Translations under genes and position numbers: made by a program
Notes under the pieces: generated by a model
Seen by the model: the letters and a program-made list of their open reading frames with translations, nothing else
The model's database searches: none
What the model was told of the DNA's origin: nothing
Assembly (NCBI GenBank): GCA_965662895.1
Contig: CBFIJH010000006.1
Coordinates: forward strand, 1-64,000
Reading direction: 5' to 3'
DNA: 64,000 nucleotides
From: Candidatus Poseidoniaceae archaeon
Lineage (GTDB): Archaea > Thermoplasmatota > Poseidoniia > Poseidoniales > Poseidoniaceae
Part shown: piece by piece, positions 8,813-19,214 of the stretch
Position numbering within the stretch: the first letter of the stretch is position 1
Layout: each line of letters opens with the position of its first letter

Positions 8813-11071
8813 ATGGCAAACGAATCAACCTACCGCATTCAAGGCATGACCTGTGCCGCTTGCGTCTCATCGGTTGATTCAATCATCAGTCAAATCAACA
8901 ACGTTGAGCATGTTCGCGTCAATCTTGCTTTGGAAAAAGCAGTTGTTCGTTGGAATGAAGGCACACAGCACGATCACATCTCAGTTGAAGAAGCGGTCAA
9001 TCGCGGGGGTTTTGTTGCAACTTCAATGCCCACTGCTCAAGAAATTCGAGAACAGCAAGTTCTTGCTGTTCAACAACAGGGAACCAATGCAGCTATTGCA
9101 CTCGCACTGGCCATCCCCACGCTCGTTATGACCATGTTTGTTTCAGATTTGGGCAGGACAAACGACCTGAATTCAAATTGGCTAATCGCATTCCTTCTCA
9201 CACTGCCTGTCTATCTTTTCCTTGGTCGCCAGTTTCACAGTGGAGCATGGAAGGCGCTAAGCGCTGGACGAGCCAACATGGATGTACTCGTTCACCTAGG
9301 AACTTCGACCGCATTTTTCTGGTCAACGCTCGTCTTGTTTGAGCCAAAAATCACCTTTCTACCAGAAATTTTTGCCAACTCGAATCACGTGTATTTCGAT
9401 GGAGCCGCACTTATCATCGCCTTCGTTCTACTCGGGAATTTTCTCGAAGGTCGAGCGAAATTACAAGCAACAAACGCCGTGTTCTCATTGATGGATTTGC
9501 AGCCGAAAACTGCGAACGTACGCAACGATGATGAAAGCACGTCAACCATACCAGTCGAAGAAATCGAGCCAGGTACAACGGTCTTGGTCAAAACCGGCCA
9601 GACCATTCCACTCGACGGTCAAGTCGTGGAAGGTTCAGCACTCGTTGACATGTCAATGATGACGGGTGAGACGTATCCTGTTCGAGCCCGCACCGGAGAT
9701 GAGGTCATTGGAGGAACCATTCTTGTCGATGCCCCACTTACCATTATGACCACTCAACCGTATCACCAAACCGTCCTATCGAACGTGATTCAATTGGTTG
9801 ATGAAGCGCAGATGGGTAAAGCACCAATTCAACGATATGTCGATCGGATTGCGGCAATCTTTGTTCCCTTTGTCTTGGCATGTGCATTCATCGCTGTTGC
9901 CTATTGGGGGTTGTTTTCAGATGGATTTGGATCCCGCTCCGGCGGAGATATCGCCATCTTAGCCTTGGTATCGACGCTTGTCATTGCATGCCCATGCGCA
10001 CTGGGCCTTGCAACGCCGACGGCATTGATGGTTGGAACAGGAACTGGTGCACGGTACGGTCTGCTCATCAAGGGAATCGAAGCTTTGGAACAATCCTATG
10101 CAACAACCACGTTGGTTGTTGACAAAACGGGAACGCTAACAACGGGACAACCAAAGGTCTCCCACATCGAATTCATCGATGGAGAAGTGCGAGAAATTCT
10201 CAGCATTGCCGCCTCACTCGAACAAGGAAGCACGCACCCACTTGCCCAAGCCATCACAACAGCGTGGTCAAATGTAACCGACAAGCGACCCAACGTAACA
10301 GAAATTAGAAACATTGGAGGGATGGGGGTCGTTGGAAATCTCGACGGTGACATCGTTGCGATTGGAAATGAACCGTTGATGGAAACCCACGAAGTCGATT
10401 TATCATCACACATGGACGATATTCGGAAGGCTGCTGCCAAAGGTTCAACCATTTCGTTCGTATCCAGGGGGACATCGTTGCTCGGATGGATCGAAGTTAG
10501 CGATCGATTGCGCTCAACAACAAAACCTGCGATTAAATTCGCTCAACGCAACAATTTGGAAGTCATTATGCTTACAGGAGATCGTGTTGAAGCCGCTGAA
10601 AGCATTGCAGCCGAGTGTGGAATCGACCACGTTGTTGCCAACGTACGACCTGATGAGAAGGCAGAATACATCGCATCACTCAAACAACAAGGCAAACATG
10701 TTGCCATGGTTGGAGATGGGGTCAACGATGCTGCAGCCTTGGCAACAGCGCACGTTGGTATCGCAATGGGTGCTGGCAGTGATATCGCTCTCGATTCAGC
10801 CGATATTGTCCTTCTTCGAAACGATCTCATGGATGCAATGAGCGCTCTCGAACTTGGTCGCGTCACCGTCAAAAAAATCCGAACAAATCTCAGTTGGGCC
10901 TTTGTTTACAACATTATTGGAATTCCTCTGGCGATGGGAATGCTGCTTCCGTGGACTGGATGGCTCCTCCCTCCGGCCTTTGCTGCTGCGGCAATGTCGC
11001 TTTCATCAGTGAGTGTTGTCGCCAACTCATTGACGTTGAAATGGTGGAGACCGAAGCAACTTGAGGCTTAA
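8813..11071 (+). CDS. copA: Cu(I)-translocating P1B-type ATPase
   Basis: GMTCAAC HMA, TGE, CPC, DKTGT, HP, GDGVND, YN and MSLSS motifs. Confidence 0.95.
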   Translation: MANESTYRIQGMTCAACVSSVDSIISQINNVEHVRVNLALEKAVVRWNEGTQHDHISVEEAVNRGGFVATSMPTAQEIREQQVLAVQQQGTNAAIALALAIPTLVMTMFVSDLGRTNDLNSNWLIAFLLTLPVYLFLGRQFHSGAWKALSAGRANMDVLVHLGTSTAFFWSTLVLFEPKITFLPEIFANSNHVYFDGAALIIAFVLLGNFLEGRAKLQATNAVFSLMDLQPKTANVRNDDESTSTIPVEEIEPGTTVLVKTGQTIPLDGQVVEGSALVDMSMMTGETYPVRARTGDEVIGGTILVDAPLTIMTTQPYHQTVLSNVIQLVDEAQMGKAPIQRYVDRIAAIFVPFVLACAFIAVAYWGLFSDGFGSRSGGDIAILALVSTLVIACPCALGLATPTALMVGTGTGARYGLLIKGIEALEQSYATTTLVVDKTGTLTTGQPKVSHIEFIDGEVREILSIAASLEQGSTHPLAQAITTAWSNVTDKRPNVTEIRNIGGMGVVGNLDGDIVAIGNEPLMETHEVDLSSHMDDIRKAAAKGSTISFVSRGTSLLGWIEVSDRLRSTTKPAIKFAQRNNLEVIMLTGDRVEAAESIAAECGIDHVVANVRPDEKAEYIASLKQQGKHVAMVGDGVNDAAALATAHVGIAMGAGSDIALDSADIVLLRNDLMDAMSALELGRVTVKKIRTNLSWAFVYNIIGIPLAMGMLLPWTGWLLPPAFAAAAMSLSSVSVVANSLTLKWWRPKQLEA

Positions 11072-11101
11072 GCCCAAATAGTTCGACATCTTGGGTTGCA
11101 C

Positions 11102-11314
11102 ATGAATCAAGTCGCCCATGCACTCAAAATTACTGGTATGACTTGTGGTTGTTGCTCTGGACGCGTCATACGCGTCTTGGAAGCAACACCAGGCGTGATT
11201 CAAGCGGACATATCTTGGCAAAGTCATGCCGGTATCGTTGTCACAACACCCAACATCACAACGGAACAAGTCATGGCCATCGTAGCCTCGACTGGTTTTG
11301 GCGTTTCAGCCTAA
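11102..11314 (+). CDS. Heavy-metal-associated copper chaperone (CopZ-like)
   Basis: GMTCGCCS motif, ~70 aa, directly after copA. Confidence 0.85.
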   Translation: MNQVAHALKITGMTCGCCSGRVIRVLEATPGVIQADISWQSHAGIVVTTPNITTEQVMAIVASTGFGVSA

Positions 11315-11348
11315 TCTTCAAAACCAAGGTTGACCGCCCTCTGTTTGC

Positions 11349-11435
11349 GCGGGGGTCGCCCAGCTTGGTCAACGGCGGTGGGTTTAGGTCCCATTCCTTA
11401 TTGGTTCGCAGGTTCGAATCCTGCCCCCCGCACCA
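11349..11435 (+). tRNA. tRNA-Leu (UAG)
   Basis: GCGGGGG/CCCCCGC acceptor stem, anticodon arm gtggg-tt-TAG-gt-cccat, long variable arm, GGTTCGAATCC, encoded CCA. Confidence 0.95.
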
Positions 11436-11873
11436 CGCTTTTTGTAAAATTGCAAAGCCAAACATTTGATGTTTCTTGTCTTAATCTAGACATTGCTTTG
11501 TCCACTGAAATCTATACCTGTCGAACTCGGGATATCTCTGGTTTTTTTATTTTTGTTACTTTTTACCTGTTTAAATACAAAAGTGATTTTTTTGACCTTT
11601 GAAATATTAAACAACAATCCCTTACAACTCGATGTTGCTGATTTATTGTGGCCATCTGAAAAAACTGACTACCTGGTAGTTGAAATTGGCATTCGTCTTC
11701 ACGAGGTGTCCCGTTTTTGGCTTGATTTATGACTGCGTAGATCGCGGGTTTCAACAACTTTTCCCGCTTGCGAAATTCGAATTTGAGACCAATTTTGCAG
11801 TAAAATTTTACAAGTTCAACCAATCTATATTTCACCTTCATCTATATGAAATCCCTTTAAATCTTAGAAATAT

Positions 11874-14756
11874 ATGATTGGGGTAATGAGGAAATTTGTC
11901 ACAGTAACAGCAGCCTTCATGATGTTAATCTCAACAACCCTAACCTTCTCCGTTGCCGCAGAAGAGCCAAACGAAATTGATCCCGAGGTATGGATTGATG
12001 GTTGGAAACTTCGCTCCTCTGAGGACCTGCAGCTCTATTCCACCCACATTAAGAGGTTCTGGGATGGAAGTTATGGGTATGATGAGTCAGGAAACTTCTA
12101 CGTCGCTTTTGTGGATGACAATGTGCAAATCCAGCCGGCTAATCCAGGGGATGCATCCCATACCTCAGACCAACGCGGTATCTACATTTTGAAATACGAT
12201 CCCTCGGGTGAGCTACTGTGGAGCAAAAACGTAACCACGACACGCAATGACTGCAACAATGTAAACCACAATTCCTGCCGATTGATGGGTTTGCATGTAT
12301 TGTACGAAGATACATTTTTCCTTACTTGGCAAACTTATCACAGCAGCACGTTTGAGTTTGGTGACGGAGTTGATGTGGACGTTAATGGACACCGATTGGC
12401 CGTCGCATACCACGACCAAACCGGGTGGCAATACGCAGACTCTGTTCAAACACGTGGCTGGACAGTTGATTATGTCATCAAGCAAGAGGTCGATTCTGAT
12501 AACAACTTGATCATTGTTTTCAAGGAAGATAACAATGGCGGCCTTCAAGAATATACTGTGAGGGCTTTTGATGAGAATGGTGGTAAGTGGGCGCGAAATC
12601 TTGAGGTGTCCCACGAGTGGCCTACCTACGATTACAACCCACTTCTTGTTGATGTTGAAGGAACGCAAACCCATTTCTTTGCTTTTACCAAAGGAAGTGT
12701 TCGGTACGACTCGCAAACCATATCCTGTCCATCTGATTCCATCGACGGTCACTGTCACATATGGTTCAGCATTGATTCAAACGGGATTAAACAGCAGCAT
12801 GTTGCGGTGAATTATACTTCTATGAAATTCACGGAATCTCTGGTAAGCTCAGGAAGTATGTACCTGCTAGGCACGACGTATGGTGAATTGGATGATTTGT
12901 ACACTCAGAGTAATTTCTCTGGTAACTTGATCGAACACAACGCTCGAACAGCCTTCCTAGCGAAACTGTCCAACCAAGGAACCTGGGAAATCGCTGAGCC
13001 GATCACCTCGAGTAGCGGGAATGATATTCCAAATTATTTTAATCAGCGCGACGAGGGTTTTGCAGGTTTGTTTTCCCAAGAAAACGGGGATATTACCTTC
13101 CATTTCCAATCGTTTGATGGAGGATATTATGACGGACAGTACTTTTCAATGCCTGGACAATTTATGGTCTCAACTTATCAGACATTCGCAACCATAAACG
13201 CCCAAGGGACGTACAAATCTCACACCAGTATTGGATACGGGAATACGGATTCAAACAACAACGATTACGCCGCAAAGCCCGTTGTTGGTCCCAACGGATA
13301 CCTTTCGGTCTACTTACAGGGCCGAGGCGGTGAGGAGGACGTTATCCTTCCTGATGGGACATCACACTACGGTGGGTTGGCCTTTGTCGATTATGAGAAC
13401 GGTGGTGTACTGGATTTCAAGCCGATTGAATCTTGGGGGAATCATAACATGTACCCTCTTGCAATTAGCCCAAACGGAGATTTGCTTGTTTGGGAGGACG
13501 TTCGTATCAACAATGCCTGGTACGAATCCTTCACCAACTTTGCCGTCGATCGAGACGGCGATGGGATAGGTGCAGGAGACAATTGCCCCGTCACCTACAA
13601 TCTCGATCAAGCCGATTATGACGGCGATGGAGAAGGGGACGCTTGCGACGACGATGACGATGGTGATGGAGTAAGCGATGATGCAGATAAATGCCCAACT
13701 AGTGATTTGGACTGGGACAGCAACCCTGATACAAATCATGACATGGACGGTTGTGAAGATAATACTGAAGATTTCGATGATGACGCAGACGGAATCATAG
13801 ACGAACTTGACGAGTGCCCACGTGGAGTCCTGGGGTCAGGGTCTGACCCAGACGAAGACGGATGCAAGGACATTGAGGATCTTGACGATGACAATGACGG
13901 GGTCGGTGATGGTTCTGATTCATGCAGTCCAGGAGCAATTTCGTGGCCATCCGGTACAATCACCGATCACGATGGTGATGGTTGCCGAGACACTGACGAG
14001 GATTTCGACGATGATAACGACGGTGTGTACGACGAATTGGATGCGTGTCCAAGGGGGATGACCGGTTGGACTTCCAATTCCAAGACCGACGAAGATGCAG
14101 ATGGTTGTCACGATGCGACCGAAGATTTGGACTGTTGTGCGGCCGGCGATGAAAACACAACCGCTGAATCAGGAGGTGTTGAATTCTATTATCTGTGCCC
14201 TGTAACACTCGACGTGGTTGAAGATATTGACGCTTGTCCAGAATCAAAGCAAATCGCCAACGAAACCAACGTTACCAATATTATCATAGATCCCGGCTCA
14301 AACATCTCAGAAGAATACCAAATCTGTCCCGACGGGAACTACATCGTGCTCAACGGGTTTGATTGTCCTAGCGAAAATTCTACGGGAAGTCAAGACCAGA
14401 TGAGCATGGTTGTCGAAGAGTCGATTGCTTCTTGGGTACTGTACGTTGCCATGGCCTCAGTAGGCGTGTCGTTCTGCTCCATGCTCATTGTCATCTTCAG
14501 AAGCGGCAAGGGTAAGGACGACGGTGAAGGAAAATGGAACGCTGAATCCGTTGATGAAATGTTCAATGCAATTTCTCCAAACAAATCCATTGAAGAGTGG
14601 TTAACAGGAAAGCAATCCCCTCCAGTCGGTATGAGTGGCTCAGTTGATGACGGTTATGAATGGATTGAGTGGCCTCCAAAATCAGACGACTTTTGGTATC
14701 GTGATGCTGACTCCAGCGACGAGTGGATAAGATATGAGAACAACTCAAAGGAATAA
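11874..14756 (+). CDS. Large membrane-anchored surface protein: beta-propeller-like N-terminus, thrombospondin type-3 (Ca-binding) repeats, C-terminal TM and Trp-rich tail
   Basis: Signal peptide; repeated DxDxDGxxDxxDxCP units; TM WVLYVAMASVGVSFCSMLIVIF; tail DGYEWIEWPP..FWYR. Confidence 0.85.
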   Translation: MIGVMRKFVTVTAAFMMLISTTLTFSVAAEEPNEIDPEVWIDGWKLRSSEDLQLYSTHIKRFWDGSYGYDESGNFYVAFVDDNVQIQPANPGDASHTSDQRGIYILKYDPSGELLWSKNVTTTRNDCNNVNHNSCRLMGLHVLYEDTFFLTWQTYHSSTFEFGDGVDVDVNGHRLAVAYHDQTGWQYADSVQTRGWTVDYVIKQEVDSDNNLIIVFKEDNNGGLQEYTVRAFDENGGKWARNLEVSHEWPTYDYNPLLVDVEGTQTHFFAFTKGSVRYDSQTISCPSDSIDGHCHIWFSIDSNGIKQQHVAVNYTSMKFTESLVSSGSMYLLGTTYGELDDLYTQSNFSGNLIEHNARTAFLAKLSNQGTWEIAEPITSSSGNDIPNYFNQRDEGFAGLFSQENGDITFHFQSFDGGYYDGQYFSMPGQFMVSTYQTFATINAQGTYKSHTSIGYGNTDSNNNDYAAKPVVGPNGYLSVYLQGRGGEEDVILPDGTSHYGGLAFVDYENGGVLDFKPIESWGNHNMYPLAISPNGDLLVWEDVRINNAWYESFTNFAVDRDGDGIGAGDNCPVTYNLDQADYDGDGEGDACDDDDDGDGVSDDADKCPTSDLDWDSNPDTNHDMDGCEDNTEDFDDDADGIIDELDECPRGVLGSGSDPDEDGCKDIEDLDDDNDGVGDGSDSCSPGAISWPSGTITDHDGDGCRDTDEDFDDDNDGVYDELDACPRGMTGWTSNSKTDEDADGCHDATEDLDCCAAGDENTTAESGGVEFYYLCPVTLDVVEDIDACPESKQIANETNVTNIIIDPGSNISEEYQICPDGNYIVLNGFDCPSENSTGSQDQMSMVVEESIASWVLYVAMASVGVSFCSMLIVIFRSGKGKDDGEGKWNAESVDEMFNAISPNKSIEEWLTGKQSPPVGMSGSVDDGYEWIEWPPKSDDFWYRDADSSDEWIRYENNSKE
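13548..14135 (+). repeat. Coding TSP3-like Asp-rich repeats
   Basis: Repeating DNCP/DKCP/DECP/DSCS/DACP and D.D.DGC.D..ED.DDD units. Confidence 0.85.
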
Positions 14757-14800
14757 ATCCTAACCGTCACAATTGAGAACTTCATCAGATTACCACGGTT

Positions 14801-15982
14801 ATGACGTCCCAATATTCCACACATTGGTCGCTTGAACCAACGCGATTGTTTCTCAATCATGGTTCATTTGGAGCTTGTCCAGATTTTGTGATTGCTGAAC
14901 AGCGAAAATGGCAGGACTTGATGGAAAAGGAACCGGTTCGATTCTTTGAAGAATTGATGCCTGGCCTTCTTCAAAAATCAAGACACGCATTGGGAGAATT
15001 CCTTCATTGCTCTCCTGAAGACTTGGCCTTTGTATCAAATGCCACCTCTGGAGTCAATACAGTCTTACGATCCTTACACTTAAAAGAAGGCGATGAAATT
15101 CTTGTTCCAAATCATGCATACCAAGCATGCAGAAACACCATTGATTTTGTCGCAAGTAGGTGGGGTGCTACGGTTGTCGAGGTCGCTATTCCGTTCCCAA
15201 TCGATGGACCAAATACAGTCGTCGAATTGATGAAATCAGCATGTTCTGAGCGAACACGATTGGTGATGATCGATACAGTAACAAGTCCAACCGGTCTTCG
15301 GATGCCGTTTGAAGAATTGACCGAATTTTTCGAAGGACAAGGTATTGAAGTTCTTCTTGATGCTGCCCATGGAATCGGAATGATTCCACTCAACCTTGCC
15401 AAACTTGGCGCGTCGTATGTAACGAGCAATTGCCACAAGTGGCTTTGTGCTCCAAAAGGAAGTGCGTTTCTCTATGTTCGAAGCGACAAACAACACAAGA
15501 TTCAGCCATTAACCATCAGCCACGGCCATACCTTCCCGCTTGGTGATACGACTCGGTTCCGACATGAGTTCGATTGGACCGGGACGCAAGACATCTCGGG
15601 TTGGTGCGCAATCCCAGCGGTGATAGAAGGGATGGCAAAACTCGTCGATGGAGGCTGGCCGACCATCATGAAACACAATCACGACCTTGCCATCCAAGGA
15701 CGAGACATTCTCTGTGAGCGACTTGGAATCGAACAACCGTGTCCGAACGAAATGATTGCGTGCATCTCAACGATTCAACTTCCAGGAGACATTCCGGTCA
15801 AGGAAAAGATGCATGAGCCAGACCCTTTGCATCACATTCTTTCCGAGAACTACAACATTCAAGTCCCAGTTTGGTCATGGCCGTCTCCAGAAGGACGTTA
15901 CTTGCGAATATCTGCACAGTTGTACAATTCGCTCGATCAGTATGAATTCCTTGCAGAAGCACTTGTGAATGAATTGAAGTAG
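14801..15982 (+). CDS. PLP-dependent class V aminotransferase (isopenicillin-N epimerase / cysteine desulfhydrase / Egt2-like lyase)
   Basis: FLNHGSFGACP, NATSGVN, LDAAHG, SNCHKWLCAPKG. Confidence 0.88.
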   Translation: MTSQYSTHWSLEPTRLFLNHGSFGACPDFVIAEQRKWQDLMEKEPVRFFEELMPGLLQKSRHALGEFLHCSPEDLAFVSNATSGVNTVLRSLHLKEGDEILVPNHAYQACRNTIDFVASRWGATVVEVAIPFPIDGPNTVVELMKSACSERTRLVMIDTVTSPTGLRMPFEELTEFFEGQGIEVLLDAAHGIGMIPLNLAKLGASYVTSNCHKWLCAPKGSAFLYVRSDKQHKIQPLTISHGHTFPLGDTTRFRHEFDWTGTQDISGWCAIPAVIEGMAKLVDGGWPTIMKHNHDLAIQGRDILCERLGIEQPCPNEMIACISTIQLPGDIPVKEKMHEPDPLHHILSENYNIQVPVWSWPSPEGRYLRISAQLYNSLDQYEFLAEALVNELK

Positions 15983-16002
15983 GAGTCGGCCGTGGTCGTT
16001 TC

Positions 16003-16395
16003 ATGACCAAGTCATTCAGCGACAGAGTAGCCGAAGGAAAAGCCAACCACGGGACCATCACGCCCGCAGAGTTAAAGAAAAAACTGGACGCAAACGAAGA
16101 AGTCACAGTCGTCGATGTTCGAGACGCAAACGCTCTCGGAGAAGGCATCATTCCCGGTGCAAAGAACATCTCGCTTGGAACATTGTTCTACAAAGCCGAT
16201 CCACAAAGCGCTTTCCATGACAAGGAAACGTTCCAATCAACAGACCAACCGATTGTTTTCACTTGTGCAGGTGGTGGCCAAGCATCCATCGCAGCCAGTG
16301 TTGTTGCTGAATACGGTTTCACCAACGTGACAATTCTCGAGGGTGGCACCAGAGGTTGGTCAGCAGAAGGTTTGCCGACAGAACAACCTGAGTGA
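16003..16395 (+). CDS. Single-domain rhodanese (sulfurtransferase)
   Basis: VVDVR, IPGA, active-site loop CAGGGQA, LEGGTRGW. Confidence 0.88.
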   Translation: MTKSFSDRVAEGKANHGTITPAELKKKLDANEEVTVVDVRDANALGEGIIPGAKNISLGTLFYKADPQSAFHDKETFQSTDQPIVFTCAGGGQASIAASVVAEYGFTNVTILEGGTRGWSAEGLPTEQPE

Positions 16396-16589
16396 AATCG
16401 TTTCTTTCATCCAATCTATTGTCTGAAGCATTCACTGCTCGAACATTATACTTTCCTATGACTGTTAACATGCACGGGAGTCGTTCATGTTATTGAAATA
16501 GGCGAATAATTGATTCGTTCAAGCAAATCCTAACTTCACAACATAGTATGGATGGAATTATTATAACCCACCTGATTCATTTTACGTTT

Positions 16590-17027
16590 ATGGAAACAAG
16601 AGATATCCTGACGCCTAAAAACATGCTAATTACCCTAGGTTCGATAGTGATTATAATGTCACTATGGGGCATGACTCATGGTGATGAGTGGGCAGAAATT
16701 GGTTGGGGTGAAGGCAATGTTCTCGCCCACGATGAAGCATATGAAGAAATGTGGGCATTGCATCTCATGCCGCTTGGAGTTATGGCAATTGTTACTGCAT
16801 TGGTTGTGACTGGAAAGGAGCTAGCCAAGGTTGCAATGTTTGCTCCTTTGGTTCTGGTAAATATCTTAGGTGGAATGCTCATTTTGACCAGCAATAATGA
16901 CTATGGGGGCACCCCGACGGGAATCAATGCTGCATTGGCTGGCCTGATGATGCTTGCAACGATACTAACATGTGTATCGGGCTTCATGCACAAAGATGGA
17001 GAAAGTGAAAGCGGTGATTCCCAATGA
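16590..17027 (+). CDS. Hypothetical 4-TM membrane protein
   Basis: Four hydrophobic segments; conserved-looking loop AHDEAYEEMW; start uncertain (16548 or 16590). Confidence 0.7.
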   Translation: METRDILTPKNMLITLGSIVIIMSLWGMTHGDEWAEIGWGEGNVLAHDEAYEEMWALHLMPLGVMAIVTALVVTGKELAKVAMFAPLVLVNILGGMLILTSNNDYGGTPTGINAALAGLMMLATILTCVSGFMHKDGESESGDSQ

Positions 17028-17749
17028 GCGAGAAAAGTCTAACCCCTTATCTTCTCACCTTTGGACCTGTACTGCTTGTTGGTGCATTTTTGATGTGGCC
17101 AGCCTCTGATGCTGTAGGATCTCGCGGGACACAGTCGATCGTGGATGGTGCTGACACATTGATGCCATTACTTATTGCAGCATTTTTGGGTACAACGATG
17201 ATTCTCGGCGGATTGTATCTGCTCATCAGTGAAATGATGGAAAACACTGGCGGAATTCAGAAGCAACTGCTCGGTATTGCGAGCATGTTGGTCATCGTCA
17301 GCATGGTTTCCTTTACCTTCGGCTTAGGAAGCAACGTTTTCATTGTCAATGAATACGACAGAGTTCTTGATGCTGATAATGAAGTAACTGACGATGGTCC
17401 TGCATATGTTAACGAAACTGATCGAGCAGATACACTCGAGAATGGATTCGACACTGGCGCAACAGTGTGGCAAATGTCTCCAGTTACTTGGGGATTAAGC
17501 CTCATACTGATTGGTTTGGTTTCCTACATGATGAGAAAACCCGAAGAAGCTATCGATTTCGTTTTGCCTGCGCTTATGCCAGTAGGAACGATGTTCCTGA
17601 GCGTTCCAATTATTAACAATCCTGCCCTCTTTCAAATCCTGTTCCCATTAACATTGCTGGCTCACATCATTGTCGGCGGCTTAATGCTCGCAGGAATGAT
17701 TGAGGTCCCAGGATCGAGTCAAGACGTTGAGACAACTGCTGACGCTTGA
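17024..17749 (+). CDS. Hypothetical multi-TM membrane protein
   Basis: About 6 hydrophobic segments; ATGA overlap with upstream gene. Confidence 0.7.
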   Translation: MSEKSLTPYLLTFGPVLLVGAFLMWPASDAVGSRGTQSIVDGADTLMPLLIAAFLGTTMILGGLYLLISEMMENTGGIQKQLLGIASMLVIVSMVSFTFGLGSNVFIVNEYDRVLDADNEVTDDGPAYVNETDRADTLENGFDTGATVWQMSPVTWGLSLILIGLVSYMMRKPEEAIDFVLPALMPVGTMFLSVPIINNPALFQILFPLTLLAHIIVGGLMLAGMIEVPGSSQDVETTADA

Positions 17750-17815
17750 TTGCAAATTTGGCAGTGCCCTCTGAAAAGGCGAATTGCTAAATGGAAGCGT
17801 ATTGACCATCCGCCA

Positions 17816-19153
17816 ATGCGTCCCGTCTTCCTCGCAGCTACCATCGTTCTTGCGATGTTCAGTGGATGCTTTGGTGAAGACGTTGAACCTGTAACGGAAT
17901 CAGAGTTCCTTGTTGATGCTCCGGAGTCTGTGCTCCGTGGCCAGTACTTCACCATCAATGTCTCTTCGCCCGTTGATTGGACAATGAATCGGAGTCCGGG
18001 CCTTTTCTTCATGGACGAGTACAATGTGCTTCGTGACGATATGGAAATGACGTTTGATGCTTCTCAGACAAGCCTGACATTCCTCGTTCTCGATTCAGAA
18101 CGAGAAAGTGTTGACCTTACAATTACTTCTGGTAACGAGGTATGGAATGCAACCATATCTCTTTCAGATAGCGACGAGTACATGCTCGTCGACGGTCGAC
18201 GAGCCTACGAAACGATCGATATGTTGACGTCGGAATACAACAATCGTTGGTGCGCGAGTGCTTCCATTCACGAAGGTGGTGCTGGCTACGAACGTGCTGC
18301 TGAGGCAATGGAAGACAAGATGTGGGATATGGGATTCGATCACGTTGAAATCACCCGATACGAGGATGATCCGGATCAACTCAACATTGTTGGATACAAT
18401 TGGGGGCGTGTCAACCCAGATGAGTACATTGTTATCGGTGGACATTTCGATATCGCTTATGCGTTCACTCCACCTAGTGGTGGGACAAACGAGGGTGCGA
18501 ACGATGACACCTCTGGCTCAACCGTTTCGCTTGAAATGGCCCAGGCTTTGGCCAAAATGGAGTTTGATCATACCGTTGTTGCAGCTCTCTGGGCGTGTGA
18601 GGAAGAGGGGCTTCTCGGTTCCCTTGCCTACGTTGCAAATTTGCCTGAGAACGTATCGGTTCGAACATACATGAATTTCGATATGGTCGCTTTGAACTAT
18701 CCAATTACGCCAGTGACAGAGCCAATTCTTGATCCACTCACAGGAGAACTGTTTTCTGCAACAAAATACGATTGGACCATCAGCATTGCAGGGGCAAGCG
18801 ATGAGAACATGAACCGGATGTACGATTGGGTTGGTCAGACCATCGATGAAGACCTTGCGTATGAACCGACGGAAGGTAACCCAATCACTTGGCAAATTGC
18901 TGAGTCGTGTGCTTCTGATCACTGCGCGTTCTTTTCAGCAGGTTATCCAACCTTCAATTTCTTTAGCCCGGGAGGTGACATCTCCTTCTGGCAAGAGTGG
19001 CATTCTCCTTCTGATACACTCGAATTCATGACTGCGAAAGCAGGAGGTCCAGATGGGATGGCATCGGGATTCAATAGCCTCGTTTGGTCATCGCTTGACT
19101 TGTTCATTCGCGTCGATAATGCTGAAAATTTCCACGGCAACTGGAAAGAATGA
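17816..19153 (+). CDS. M28-family Zn aminopeptidase, lipoprotein
   Basis: FSGC lipobox; GGHFD, GANDDTSG, EEEGLLGS, NFDMV, SDH, WHSPSDT motifs. Confidence 0.9.
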   Translation: MRPVFLAATIVLAMFSGCFGEDVEPVTESEFLVDAPESVLRGQYFTINVSSPVDWTMNRSPGLFFMDEYNVLRDDMEMTFDASQTSLTFLVLDSERESVDLTITSGNEVWNATISLSDSDEYMLVDGRRAYETIDMLTSEYNNRWCASASIHEGGAGYERAAEAMEDKMWDMGFDHVEITRYEDDPDQLNIVGYNWGRVNPDEYIVIGGHFDIAYAFTPPSGGTNEGANDDTSGSTVSLEMAQALAKMEFDHTVVAALWACEEEGLLGSLAYVANLPENVSVRTYMNFDMVALNYPITPVTEPILDPLTGELFSATKYDWTISIAGASDENMNRMYDWVGQTIDEDLAYEPTEGNPITWQIAESCASDHCAFFSAGYPTFNFFSPGGDISFWQEWHSPSDTLEFMTAKAGGPDGMASGFNSLVWSSLDLFIRVDNAENFHGNWKE

Positions 19154-19214
19154 GGTCGCTTTTCTTTCTGACTTGAATACATTCATTCATGAAGGATAAG
19201 CCATCCCTTGAGGT

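Noticed and set aside
11563-11841. 92-aa minus-strand ORF in the AT-rich spacer as a possible integrase/transposase remnant
   Set aside because: No recognisable motif or typical composition; cannot be supported
11349-17750. Integrated element with att sites at tRNA-Leu
   Set aside because: No duplicated tRNA 3' end and no integrase seen in the window
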